In this document: positions 7,935 through 15,852 of the stretch, one piece after another
How positions within the stretch are numbered: the first letter of the stretch is position 1
How the letters are laid out: every line of letters starts with the position of its first letter
Assembly (NCBI RefSeq): GCF_000014265.1
Contig: NC_008312.1
Span: 5,430,001-5,462,000, forward strand
Source of the DNA: Trichodesmium erythraeum IMS101
GTDB taxonomy: Bacteria > Cyanobacteriota > Cyanobacteriia > Cyanobacteriales > Microcoleaceae
Reading direction: 5' to 3'
DNA length: 32,000 nt
The notes under the pieces: model-generated
The model's database searches: none
Seen by the model: the letters and a program-made list of their open reading frames with translations, nothing else
Told to the model about the DNA's origin: nothing
Made by a program: the position numbers and the translations under genes

Positions 7935-10724
7935 ATGCCTATACCTTTACTTCCATTGCTTGCTCCCGCCGCAGCTTCAGCATGGAATGGAGTAGTTAAT
8001 GCCTTTAATGGTGCCTCCGGTAGAACAATGCAACAAAATTTAGAAGGGCAACGACTAGCTCATCAAAAAGAATTACAAGAAAAACAAATAGTCGCTCAAT
8101 TTGAGATTGAATATATGCGTACAATGTCTCAGATAAAGTTGCAGCAGAATAATCAACAATTTCAACAAAAACTAGAAATTGCCCGTCAAGAATTTCAAGG
8201 AAAAATAGTTGAATACCAATGCCAAGAAAATCGGAAACTTCAAGAATTTATTAAAGCCGTAGATATGCAAATAGCTAAAAGTAACCAAGAATTTCAAACC
8301 TGGTTATTTCAACAACAAAAACAACTTCAAATTGAATCAGCTCAATATAACCGAGAAACCCAATATCTCAACGCGGTATATCAACGAGAAACTACCCTAG
8401 AAATTAAAGAATTAGATAACTGGCCTCTGAAAAATTATTCTTGGCAAATACTCCAATATCATCAAGGTCGCGACCCCATTCCTGTACAAATAATACTAGC
8501 ACCTCCAGAAATAGACTTTGACCGTTTTGAACATCTAAATAAAACTTCAACTTCCACATTTCCTAAAGTGGAAAAACGCCTTTCTCAACACTTACGAAAC
8601 TTCTTAGAAAAACACTATCCCCTAGAAAACCAACAACGACCCACAGAACTAATAGACCATACTTGGGATAGTAACCGTTTTGCCGGAGGTAGCGCAGTTA
8701 AAACTATATTTAGTCGCTTAAAATCTGAACCAATACTATTAATAGAATCAGAAGTAGATGGAGATTTAATTAATATCAAAGTTGCCTATTGGAGTGGGGG
8801 ACAAGAAATATCTCCCTTCTACAAAACCATAATTTCTCAGCTACATTATCCGAAAGTTCTCTATGAATTTGCTATTCAACGTGCCTTACATTGGGAAACT
8901 AATGTTAAACAAAAACTCTTAGCAAGAGGTAAAACTGAACAAGAGATAAATCAAAAATTTGCTGGAGATAATGCTTTAAATTTAAGTATTTATAGAGAAG
9001 ATAAAGAGCTACAAGCGGAAGGAATAGAATTTGAAATAGCCTACAAAACCAATAGCAAAGACTTTGGTAAATTATCAGCTTTGTTAGGAGCATATCATAA
9101 TGTTATTGCTGCCCTATTTACTGATATTCATTATTTAATTAATACTAATTTATCGCCGAAGTTGCCAGAATTATTGGCAGAGTTGGAAACAGAATTTTCT
9201 ATAGAAAAATGTCTGGCAGATGACCTATTTCAAATGGTAGTTGAAAGTTATATTGGTAGTCTCAAAGCAATGGAACAAGACCGCTCCGAATTAGTACCAG
9301 GATTTGCTGCGGATATTGCTTTTGGTTTGACTGGTTTATCTAATTCTAATTTGGCAGAAAAAATGTTAGATTTTTGCTTCGAGTCTTGGCTAAGTTCTCG
9401 TTATCTTTCTGTGGAGAATGGTAAGGAAAAATTTGATATGGTGGCTAAAAATTTACTGCCTCTGGATCAGGAATTTATAGGTAAAGTTAATCGCTGTTTG
9501 GTTGGTCTGGGTCAGCAGAAAAAATTGAGTTTGATAAATTCTTGTTACCTCCGGGGAATTGATAAATTTAATCTCGAAAAATATGAGGAAGCAATTATTG
9601 ATTTTGGCTATGTTATAAGTTTAAATCCTAAATTTGCTGATGGTTATTATCGGCGAGGTTTGGCTTATATTCAGTTGGAAAATTATGGAGATGCGGTTGA
9701 TGATTTGACTCAGGTTATTAGGTTAGATCCTAGTCACGCTGTGGCATTTAATTATCGGGGTTATGCTTACTATAAATTAGGTGAATATCAATGGGCAGTT
9801 GATGATTATAACCGGGCGATAAATTTGGGTTTGACTGAGGCGGTGAAAAATCGAGATATTGTTCTGGGTGTTTGGGAAGAAATTAAAAGGCAGCAGGAGT
9901 CGAAAGGGGATCTCTTTACTTTCGAGGTAATTACTGTTAACAATACTGGCAAAGTTATTAGTTCTAACCAGGGAAGTGCTAGGCAAAAATTTGAAGACTT
10001 GGGTAGTGGAATTAAATTAGAAATGGTTTATATTCCTGGGGGAAGTTTTCTCATGGGGTCGGCGGGAAATGAGGGGAGCAGAAGATCTAATGAAGGTCCC
10101 CAACATGAAGTAACTCTCCAACCTTTTTATATGAGCAAATATCCTATTACTCAAGACCAGTACCAAGCCATTATGGGAAATAACCCTTCGTATTTTAAGG
10201 GAGGAAGCCGTCCAGTAGAACAAGTAAACTGGCACAATGCTACAGAGTTTTGCCAAAAGCTATCATCAAAAATTGGGAAAATTTACAGGCTACCCAGCGA
10301 GAGTCAGTGGGAATACGCCTGCCGTGCCGGGACTACTACTCCTTTTTATTTTGGAGAAACTATAACCTCTGAGTTAGTTAACTACCGTGGTGACCATTCT
10401 TATGGCAATGCTCCTAAAGGAATATATCGGGGAGAAACAACAGATGTGGGAAGTTTTCCTCCTAATGCCTTTGGTATATATGATATGCACGGGAATGTTT
10501 GGGAATGGTGTGCTGATGATGGGCATGAAAACTATAATGGTGCGCCTACAGACGGCAGTGTTTGGCTAGATGGAGAAAAAAATGGATCACCGCTGCGGGG
10601 CGGTTCTTGGTACTTCATTCCTAATTATTGCCGTTCTGCGGTTCGCGACTACTATTTTAGGCGCGACGACCCCTACTACTTTATTGGTTTTCGTCTTGTC
10701 TGCGATGGCGGGAGAACTCTTTAA
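7935..10724 (+). CDS. Large multidomain protein: hydrophobic N-terminus, Gln-rich coiled coil, unrecognised central domain, three TPR repeats, C-terminal FGE-sulfatase (C-type-lectin fold) domain
   Basis: The track ORF starts at a TTG (7893). The ATG at 7935 is preceded by aagga 7 nt upstream and by a TATAAT at 7911..7916, so 7935 is preferred. TPR-like repeats: YEEAIIDFGYVISLNPKFADGYYRRGLAY, YGDAVDDLTQVIRLDPSHAVAFNYRGYAY, YQWAVDDYNRAINLG. FGE-sulfatase motifs: MVYIPGGSFLMGS, PQHEV, YMSKYPITQDQY, NWHNATEFC, LPSESQWEYACRAG, FGIYDMHGNVWEWC, LRGGSW, CRSAVR, GFRLV. Confidence 0.85.
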   Translation: MPIPLLPLLAPAAASAWNGVVNAFNGASGRTMQQNLEGQRLAHQKELQEKQIVAQFEIEYMRTMSQIKLQQNNQQFQQKLEIARQEFQGKIVEYQCQENRKLQEFIKAVDMQIAKSNQEFQTWLFQQQKQLQIESAQYNRETQYLNAVYQRETTLEIKELDNWPLKNYSWQILQYHQGRDPIPVQIILAPPEIDFDRFEHLNKTSTSTFPKVEKRLSQHLRNFLEKHYPLENQQRPTELIDHTWDSNRFAGGSAVKTIFSRLKSEPILLIESEVDGDLINIKVAYWSGGQEISPFYKTIISQLHYPKVLYEFAIQRALHWETNVKQKLLARGKTEQEINQKFAGDNALNLSIYREDKELQAEGIEFEIAYKTNSKDFGKLSALLGAYHNVIAALFTDIHYLINTNLSPKLPELLAELETEFSIEKCLADDLFQMVVESYIGSLKAMEQDRSELVPGFAADIAFGLTGLSNSNLAEKMLDFCFESWLSSRYLSVENGKEKFDMVAKNLLPLDQEFIGKVNRCLVGLGQQKKLSLINSCYLRGIDKFNLEKYEEAIIDFGYVISLNPKFADGYYRRGLAYIQLENYGDAVDDLTQVIRLDPSHAVAFNYRGYAYYKLGEYQWAVDDYNRAINLGLTEAVKNRDIVLGVWEEIKRQQESKGDLFTFEVITVNNTGKVISSNQGSARQKFEDLGSGIKLEMVYIPGGSFLMGSAGNEGSRRSNEGPQHEVTLQPFYMSKYPITQDQYQAIMGNNPSYFKGGSRPVEQVNWHNATEFCQKLSSKIGKIYRLPSESQWEYACRAGTTTPFYFGETITSELVNYRGDHSYGNAPKGIYRGETTDVGSFPPNAFGIYDMHGNVWEWCADDGHENYNGAPTDGSVWLDGEKNGSPLRGGSWYFIPNYCRSAVRDYYFRRDDPYYFIGFRLVCDGGRTL
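10593..10724 (+). other. Putative DGR variable region (VR) at the 3' end of the FGE-sulfatase domain
   Basis: The peptide LRGGSW-YFIPNY-CRSAVR-DYYFRRDDPYYFI-GFRLVCDGGRTL has variable positions that are almost all NNY codons (tac ttc att cct aat tat .. gtt .. gac tac tat ttt .. gac gac ccc tac tac ttt att). That is the pattern expected if AAY template codons were adenine-mutagenised. By hand count A is about 20 of 132 nt, against clearly higher A in the ~150 nt just upstream. An alternative-frame ORF (10570..10776) opens because stop codons need A. Confidence 0.55.
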
Positions 10725-11001
10725 CCCTCTTATCTTTTACCCTTTTGCCCTTTGCCCTGTTTTTCTTTTCCCTTGAGGTTCCCGCTTTAGCGGGTCGAAA
10801 TTTTTTTGAGATTTAGGGTTTTTATGGTTTTGGCCATAGGTGAGTTGAAGAATGAAAACCCACATTAGCTATCTATATATATAGATATAAACTTCTGACT
10901 TCCTCGCACTAAGTCAAAAAAAATCAAGCGATCGCCTAAACAGATAACCATCAAAAAATAACATTCTCTGAAGACCAAAAAAAAGAGAAATGTGGTTAGT
11001 A

Positions 11002-11030
11002 TTGCATTGATAAATTAACTATGGTAGAGT
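11002..11030 (+). promoter_or_regulatory. Promoter-like element in repeat module B1 (TTGCAT-N17-TAGAGT)
   Basis: The -35 TTGCAT is at 11002..11007, followed by an exact 17-nt spacer and the -10 TAGAGT at 11025..11030. A 7-bp stem hairpin (ataaggg/cccttat, 11037..11058) sits at the predicted transcript 5' end. Confidence 0.35.
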
Positions 11031-11321
11031 TATGTCATAAGGGTAAGCTCGCCCTTATACTAGACTTTTTATTCAACATAGAAAAGATGCAGAAAATAAT
11101 TCAAGAAAATGTTGGCGATCGCTTCAATTTCAGGAAAGTATCAAATAACATTTTCTAAAGCTCTAAAAAAAAGAGAAGCCGTAGATTAAGTCGAAAAATC
11201 AAACCTAAAATTAGCCGTTCATATAAAAGAAGCAAAATTCATCGTTAATGTCTAGAAAAAAGTTGGAGCGATCGCCCCTCAACATTTTCTGAAGCACCAA
11301 AAAAAAGAGGTGTGGTTAGTA

Positions 11322-11350
11322 TTGCATTGATAAATCAACTATGGTAGAAT
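11322..11350 (+). promoter_or_regulatory. Promoter-like element in repeat module B2 (TTGCAT-N17-TAGAAT)
   Basis: It has the same architecture as B1, with the -10 being TAGAAT at 11345..11350. The spacer length is conserved. Confidence 0.35.
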
Positions 11351-11776
11351 TATGTCATAAGGGTAAGCTCGCCCTTACACTAGACTTTTTATTCAACATA
11401 GAAAAGATGTAGAAAATAATTCAAGAAAACGTTGGCGATCGCTTGAACAGACAAGCATCAAATAACATTTTCTGAAGCTCTAAAAAAAAGAGAAGCCGCA
11501 GATTAAGTGGAAAAATAAAACCTAAAATTAGCCGTTCATATAAAAGAAGCAAAACTCATCGTTAATGTCTAGAAAAAAATTTGGAGCGATCGCCCCTCAA
11601 CATTTTCTGAAGCTCTTGAAAAAAGAGAAGTAGTAAATGAAGTTGGAAGATAAAACCTAACACTAGCCGTTGATATAAAGAGGGAAAATTTAATTCTTCA
11701 TGGCTGCAAAAAAAAATTGAAGCGATCGCCCCTCAACATTTTCTGAAGCTCTTAAAAAAAAACAGTCAGATTAGTG

Positions 11777-11805
11777 TTGCATTGATAAATTAACTATGGT
11801 AGAGT
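11777..11805 (+). promoter_or_regulatory. Promoter-like element in repeat module B3 (TTGCAT-N17-TAGAGT)
   Basis: The -35 is at 11777..11782 and the -10 at 11800..11805, separated by a 17-nt spacer. Confidence 0.35.
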
Positions 11806-12086
11806 TATGTTATTGATGCTAACTCGCCCTCATACTAGACTTTTTATTCAACACAAAACAGGCCAAAAAGTAGAAAATAATTCAAGAAAATGTTGGCGAT
11901 CGCTTCAATTTCAGGAAAGTATCAAACAACATTTTCTGAAGCTCTTGAGAGACTGAAGTTGAAAAATCAAACCTAATATTAGCCGTTGAGATAAAGGGGG
12001 AGAATTTAATTCTTCATAACTACAAAAAAGCGATCGCCTCTCAACATTTTCTGGAGCTCTTGAAAAAGAAAGCAGTAGGATTAGTG

Positions 12087-12115
12087 TTGAATTGATAAAT
12101 AAACTATGATATAGT
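12087..12115 (+). promoter_or_regulatory. Promoter-like element in terminal module B4 (TTGAAT-N17-TATAGT); candidate recQ promoter
   Basis: The -35 is at 12087..12092 and the -10 at 12110..12115, on the same strand as the recQ ATG (12199) and ~85 nt upstream of it. The intervening leader keeps the module hairpin remnant (taagg..cctta) and a T-run. Confidence 0.4.
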
Positions 12116-12198
12116 TATGTTATAAGGATTAGCTCGCCCTTAGACTAGATTTTTTATTCAACACAGAAAAGTAAAAAGTCAAACGATACGAAAACAGA

Positions 12199-13665
12199 AT
12201 GAAAAACTCAGAAGAAACATCGTGGAATAAAATCAAAGAAACATTTAAAAAAATCTGGGGATACGATAACTTCCGACCTCCACAAGAAGAAATAATAAAC
12301 TGCTTATTAACAGGAAAAGACGCCCTAATAATAATGCCCACAGGAGGAGGAAAATCAATATGCTTTCAACTTCCAGCGCTCCTAAAAAAAGGATTAACAT
12401 TAGTTATTTCTCCCCTAGTTGCCCTAATGGAAAACCAAGTAGAAGAACTAAGCGATCGCTCCCTACCCGCCAGCCTACTCCACAGCCAACTTACCCGAGA
12501 AAAAAAACGACAAACCCTCGAAAAAATAGAACAAAATCAACTTAGGCTACTCTACCTTTCCCCAGAAACATTATTCAACCAAAAAATATGGAACCTACTA
12601 TCGAAAAGCCAAACAAAAATCAACGGTTTAATATTAGATGAAGCCCACTGCTTAGTAGAATGGGGAGAAACATTTCGTCCCTCCTATAGACGTCTAGGAG
12701 CAGTCAGACAAACACTAATAAAATCAAAACCACCAGGAACAAAAATTAGCGTTGCAGCCTTCACAGCCACAGCCGATCCTCAAGCACAAAAAATCATCAA
12801 AACCGCCCTACAACTAAGAAACCCAAAAACATATTTAATCAGCCCCTATCGAAATAATTTACAACTAAAAATTCAACATATTTGTACTTCCAGAAGTCGC
12901 TATCAACAACTACTTAAATTTATCAAAACCAGAGAAAAACAATCAGGCATAGTTTATGTAAGAACAAGAAAAGACAGTGAAAAACTAGCAGAAACATTAC
13001 GAGAAAAAAATTATCAAACCACAAGTTATCATGCAGGTTTAAGAGCAGAAGAAAGACGACATATTGAAAAAGCTTGGATCAAAGGAGAAATCAACTTTGT
13101 AGTGTGTACTTCCGCCTTTGGAATGGGAATAAATAAACCAGATGTGAGATGGGTAATACACTTTCAAGCGCCATCATTATTATCAGAATATATTCAAGAA
13201 ATTGGAAGAGGAGGTAGAGACGGAAAACCAGCAGAAGCCTTAACCCTAATTAGCGAACCAACTGGTTGGTTAGACCCAGAAGATAAACAAAGACAAAAGT
13301 TTTTAGCAGATAAATTAAAACTAGAATATCAAAGAGCAGAAAAATTAATTAAGCAACTACCAACCAGAGGAAATATTAATCTTTTAAAAGATGAATATCC
13401 CCATGCAGCAAACGCCCTATCTATTCTACATTCTTCCGGCAAATTAAGATGGTACGACCCATTTAACTATGTTATGATTAATAATAGTAAAAAAGTATCT
13501 CTAAACTACAACTCAAAAGTTAAAGATCTAAATAAATATTTTGCCACCAGGAAATGTCGATGGCAATTTTTACTAGAAGTATTTGGTTTTTCTCAAGAAG
13601 CTCAGAATATAGGTTATATGGGTTGTGGTCATTGTGATAATTGTCTTAAAAAAAGAAAAAAGTGA
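12199..13665 (+). CDS. recQ: ATP-dependent DNA helicase RecQ, short form ending at the zinc-binding subdomain
   Basis: It has RecQ N-terminal motifs (FGYDNFRPPQEEII, MPTGGGKS Walker A, LDEAHCLVEWG DEAH box, TATA, VYVRTRK, YHAGL, AFGMGINKPDVRWVIH, QEIGRGGRDG). The C-terminal CRW..LL..FG..GCGHCDNC matches the RecQ Zn-finger. Confidence 0.9.
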   Translation: MKNSEETSWNKIKETFKKIWGYDNFRPPQEEIINCLLTGKDALIIMPTGGGKSICFQLPALLKKGLTLVISPLVALMENQVEELSDRSLPASLLHSQLTREKKRQTLEKIEQNQLRLLYLSPETLFNQKIWNLLSKSQTKINGLILDEAHCLVEWGETFRPSYRRLGAVRQTLIKSKPPGTKISVAAFTATADPQAQKIIKTALQLRNPKTYLISPYRNNLQLKIQHICTSRSRYQQLLKFIKTREKQSGIVYVRTRKDSEKLAETLREKNYQTTSYHAGLRAEERRHIEKAWIKGEINFVVCTSAFGMGINKPDVRWVIHFQAPSLLSEYIQEIGRGGRDGKPAEALTLISEPTGWLDPEDKQRQKFLADKLKLEYQRAEKLIKQLPTRGNINLLKDEYPHAANALSILHSSGKLRWYDPFNYVMINNSKKVSLNYNSKVKDLNKYFATRKCRWQFLLEVFGFSQEAQNIGYMGCGHCDNCLKKRKK

Positions 13666-13750
13666 GAAATAAAAACTTCAGCTTCAATTCATAGCATATT
13701 TGATATTAATCTCGTAAAATTAATTGAATCAATATTTTTTTCCATACTTC

Positions 13751-14248
13751 TTATTTTTTATTACCTAACTTAGGTATTTCAGCAAAAAATGTAGCAACTA
13801 GTAAGCAAATAATACCAATATTAATAGAAACATCTGCCACATTAAAAATAGGAAAATTTATAAGGCTAAAATGCAAAAAGTCAACGACATAACCAGAAAC
13901 AAACCTATCAATACCATTACCCAATGCTCCTCCTAAAATTAAACCATAACCTAGTTGTTCCCATCTATCAAACTTCGGTCCAAACCAAGCAAAACCCATG
14001 AGACCTAGACTAACTATTAAAGATAACCAGCGCAACCAAGAAACTCCACCATTACTAAACAGACTAAAAGCTGCTCCAGTATTAGTTACATAAGTAAAGT
14101 TAAATACACCAGGCCATAAAACCATACTTTCTTCTAATTGAAAATTTTGTACCACCCAAAATTTAGTCAAATGGTCTAAAATAATGCTGATAATAGCAAC
14201 TATCCAGAATAAGGAATTTTTTTTAAAACGTAATTTCAACTTTAACAA
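13751..14248 (-). CDS. lspA: Lipoprotein signal peptidase (signal peptidase II)
   Basis: 165-aa polytopic membrane protein with the LspA motifs NTGAAFS and FNVADVSINIG. The start is a TTG, with no in-frame ATG nearby, so the exact start is uncertain. Confidence 0.85.
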   Translation of the reverse strand: MLKLKLRFKKNSLFWIVAIISIILDHLTKFWVVQNFQLEESMVLWPGVFNFTYVTNTGAAFSLFSNGGVSWLRWLSLIVSLGLMGFAWFGPKFDRWEQLGYGLILGGALGNGIDRFVSGYVVDFLHFSLINFPIFNVADVSINIGIICLLVATFFAEIPKLGNKK

Positions 14249-14700
14249 TTAAGCAACTACACAAAATTATTTGCAAAGCGCGATATTTAGACAAAGATTA
14301 AATTTTAGTTTTTCAAGTGTGTAATTTATTTTATATACCCACTTACTATACTAATTATATTTACCGAAAAATTAGATTTCAAGCCTCCGACCTAAGCAGA
14401 TAACTTTTTAATACTTTTTCGTTATGTTTTTGAATAAATATATTATTACTTTATTAAGTATTAATTAATTAGTAAGGAGTAAGTAATTCGAGACAAAAAA
14501 ATCACTCACTAGACAAAAGGTTTAACTTATATTTAAATTTTAACCTTCGCGACATGAAAAACAGTAACCATTAAGACTTCAGCTCGCCCTCAAAGAACCA
14601 GACAGTAGTTATACCGTCGCAGGTAACAGCGAGGAATAATCTAAAAGTAAGTTATAGCAAATACCAAATCCAAATCTGTTATATAAAAGCAAATAGCTAG

Positions 14701-15297
14701 TTAATAAAATAGTAAACGTCTGAGGAAATAAGCAATAACAGCAACAGCACATATAATTCCTAGATGTCCTGGTAAAGAAACAATAGAATATCTAAAAATA
14801 GCATCAAATAAAGACAATGATTCTATACTTTTCCACCCTAAAATATAAATAATAATCAGATAAGCCAACCCAGTTAAATGAACAGTGAACAAACCACATA
14901 AACAGTTAAAAGCCAATAACTCTAGTTTAGGATCTGTTTGAAAAGCTAAATTTCCACATATCCAAGCTCCAGGGATAAAACCTAATAAATAACCAAAACT
15001 AGGTTCTCTGAAATAATCAATACCACCACCGTGAGTAAACACAGGTAATAAAGTGAGACCTAAAAATATATAGGCTATTTGAGAAATAACAGCAGCATTT
15101 TTTCCTCCCAAACAACCAACAAAAAAAACCGCTCCAACTTGGTAAGTTACCTCCAAAGAAAAAGTCTTAACTTCTTGCTGTTCCCAAATCCAAACAGGAC
15201 TTGCAAAAGATGCTGGTAAAAATGTAGCTGCAATTGTCAAGAGTAAACCAGCAATTGCCCAAAGAAGTTCTATCGTAATTGTCACGACAATTAACAA
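14701..15297 (-). CDS. bioY: BioY-family biotin transporter S-component
   Basis: 198-aa protein with ~6 TM segments and BioY-like motifs (GGKNAAVSQ..YIFLGL..LPVFTHGGG..Y...PSFGYLLGFIP). It lies next to bioB on the same strand. The annotated start is a TTG and there is no ATG near the N-terminus, so the start is uncertain. Confidence 0.75.
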   Translation of the reverse strand: MLIVVTITIELLWAIAGLLLTIAATFLPASFASPVWIWEQQEVKTFSLEVTYQVGAVFFVGCLGGKNAAVISQIAYIFLGLTLLPVFTHGGGIDYFREPSFGYLLGFIPGAWICGNLAFQTDPKLELLAFNCLCGLFTVHLTGLAYLIIIYILGWKSIESLSLFDAIFRYSIVSLPGHLGIICAVAVIAYFLRRLLFY

Positions 15298-15852
15298 TTA
15301 TTTTTGAGAATAAGTACATATAATAACATCCCATAGCATTCGGTTAAGACAAATAATGTACAAAATGTGAACAGTCAAACTCTTGTAGTGGTAAAATTTT
15401 GAGAGCTAAATAATTAATGTCTACTTCACACATCAGCCCTATAGCACCAAGTGCTGTCAAATATGATCAGTATTCAGCAATAAACTGTCAGGTCTCAGCA
15501 ATATAACCACCTTCAAAAGTGATACTCAATCAACATCTTGCTTAATATAAAACTTAAAACCTTATTGACTCATAATGTATTTGCCATGGAATAGATATTT
15601 CAGAACAGTAAATATATTGAAAAATATATTTTTTCGGTCTTTGGTAATTTTGGAATTCTTCTCCCACCTAACCCCACTTCAGAAAAGGATTTTAGGAGTT
15701 CCTTGCCAAGATAGCTCAAGCAGAGGTTTGAAATGAATATAAGCTAGGAAATCAAAAGAGATTACCCTCAAACTCAGATTTTGGATCAATTAATAAAGTT
15801 TTGAGTAATTATCAAAAGCAATAACTGATAGCTAAAACTGATCTCTGAATCT

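Larger units (their letters stand above)
10925..12190. repeat. Modular tandem array of 8 modules, each bounded by a HIP1 site (GCGATCGC) followed by the anchor AACATTTTCTGAAGCTCT. Two module types alternate: B of ~185 bp and C of ~135 bp.
   Basis: Anchor starts are at 10960, 11147, 11281, 11464, 11599, 11735, 11928 and 12043, giving the order B C B C C B C B. B modules share gtggttagtattgcattgataaattaactatggtagagttatgtcataagggtaagctcgcccttatactagactttttattcaaca. C modules share agagaagccgtagattaag..aaacctaaaattagccgttcatataaaag. HIP1 sites lie at about 10928, 11115, 11268, 11434, 11586, 11722, 11896 and 12029. Confidence 0.9.

Noticed and set aside
8905-10776. ORFs 8905..9093 (-), 9777..9986 (-), 10017..10256 (-), 10387..10569 (+) and 10570..10776 (+)
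   Set aside because: All overlap the 7935..10724 gene in other frames or on the other strand. They have no motifs, and the last two are opened by adenine depletion of the putative VR.
10871-10886. Perfect 16-bp palindrome atctatatatatagat
   Set aside because: It is a simple AT-repeat palindrome in AT-rich spacer, with no flanking context suggesting an operator or an IS end.
10925-12190. Possible CRISPR array or cluster of MITEs
   Set aside because: The intervening sequences are themselves repeated as two module types, so they are not spacers. The modules have no terminal inverted repeats or target-site duplications, only HIP1 junctions.
12129-12545. ORFs 12129..12341 (-) and 12360..12545 (+)
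   Set aside because: They are antisense or out of frame with the strongly supported recQ gene, and their translations are low-complexity.
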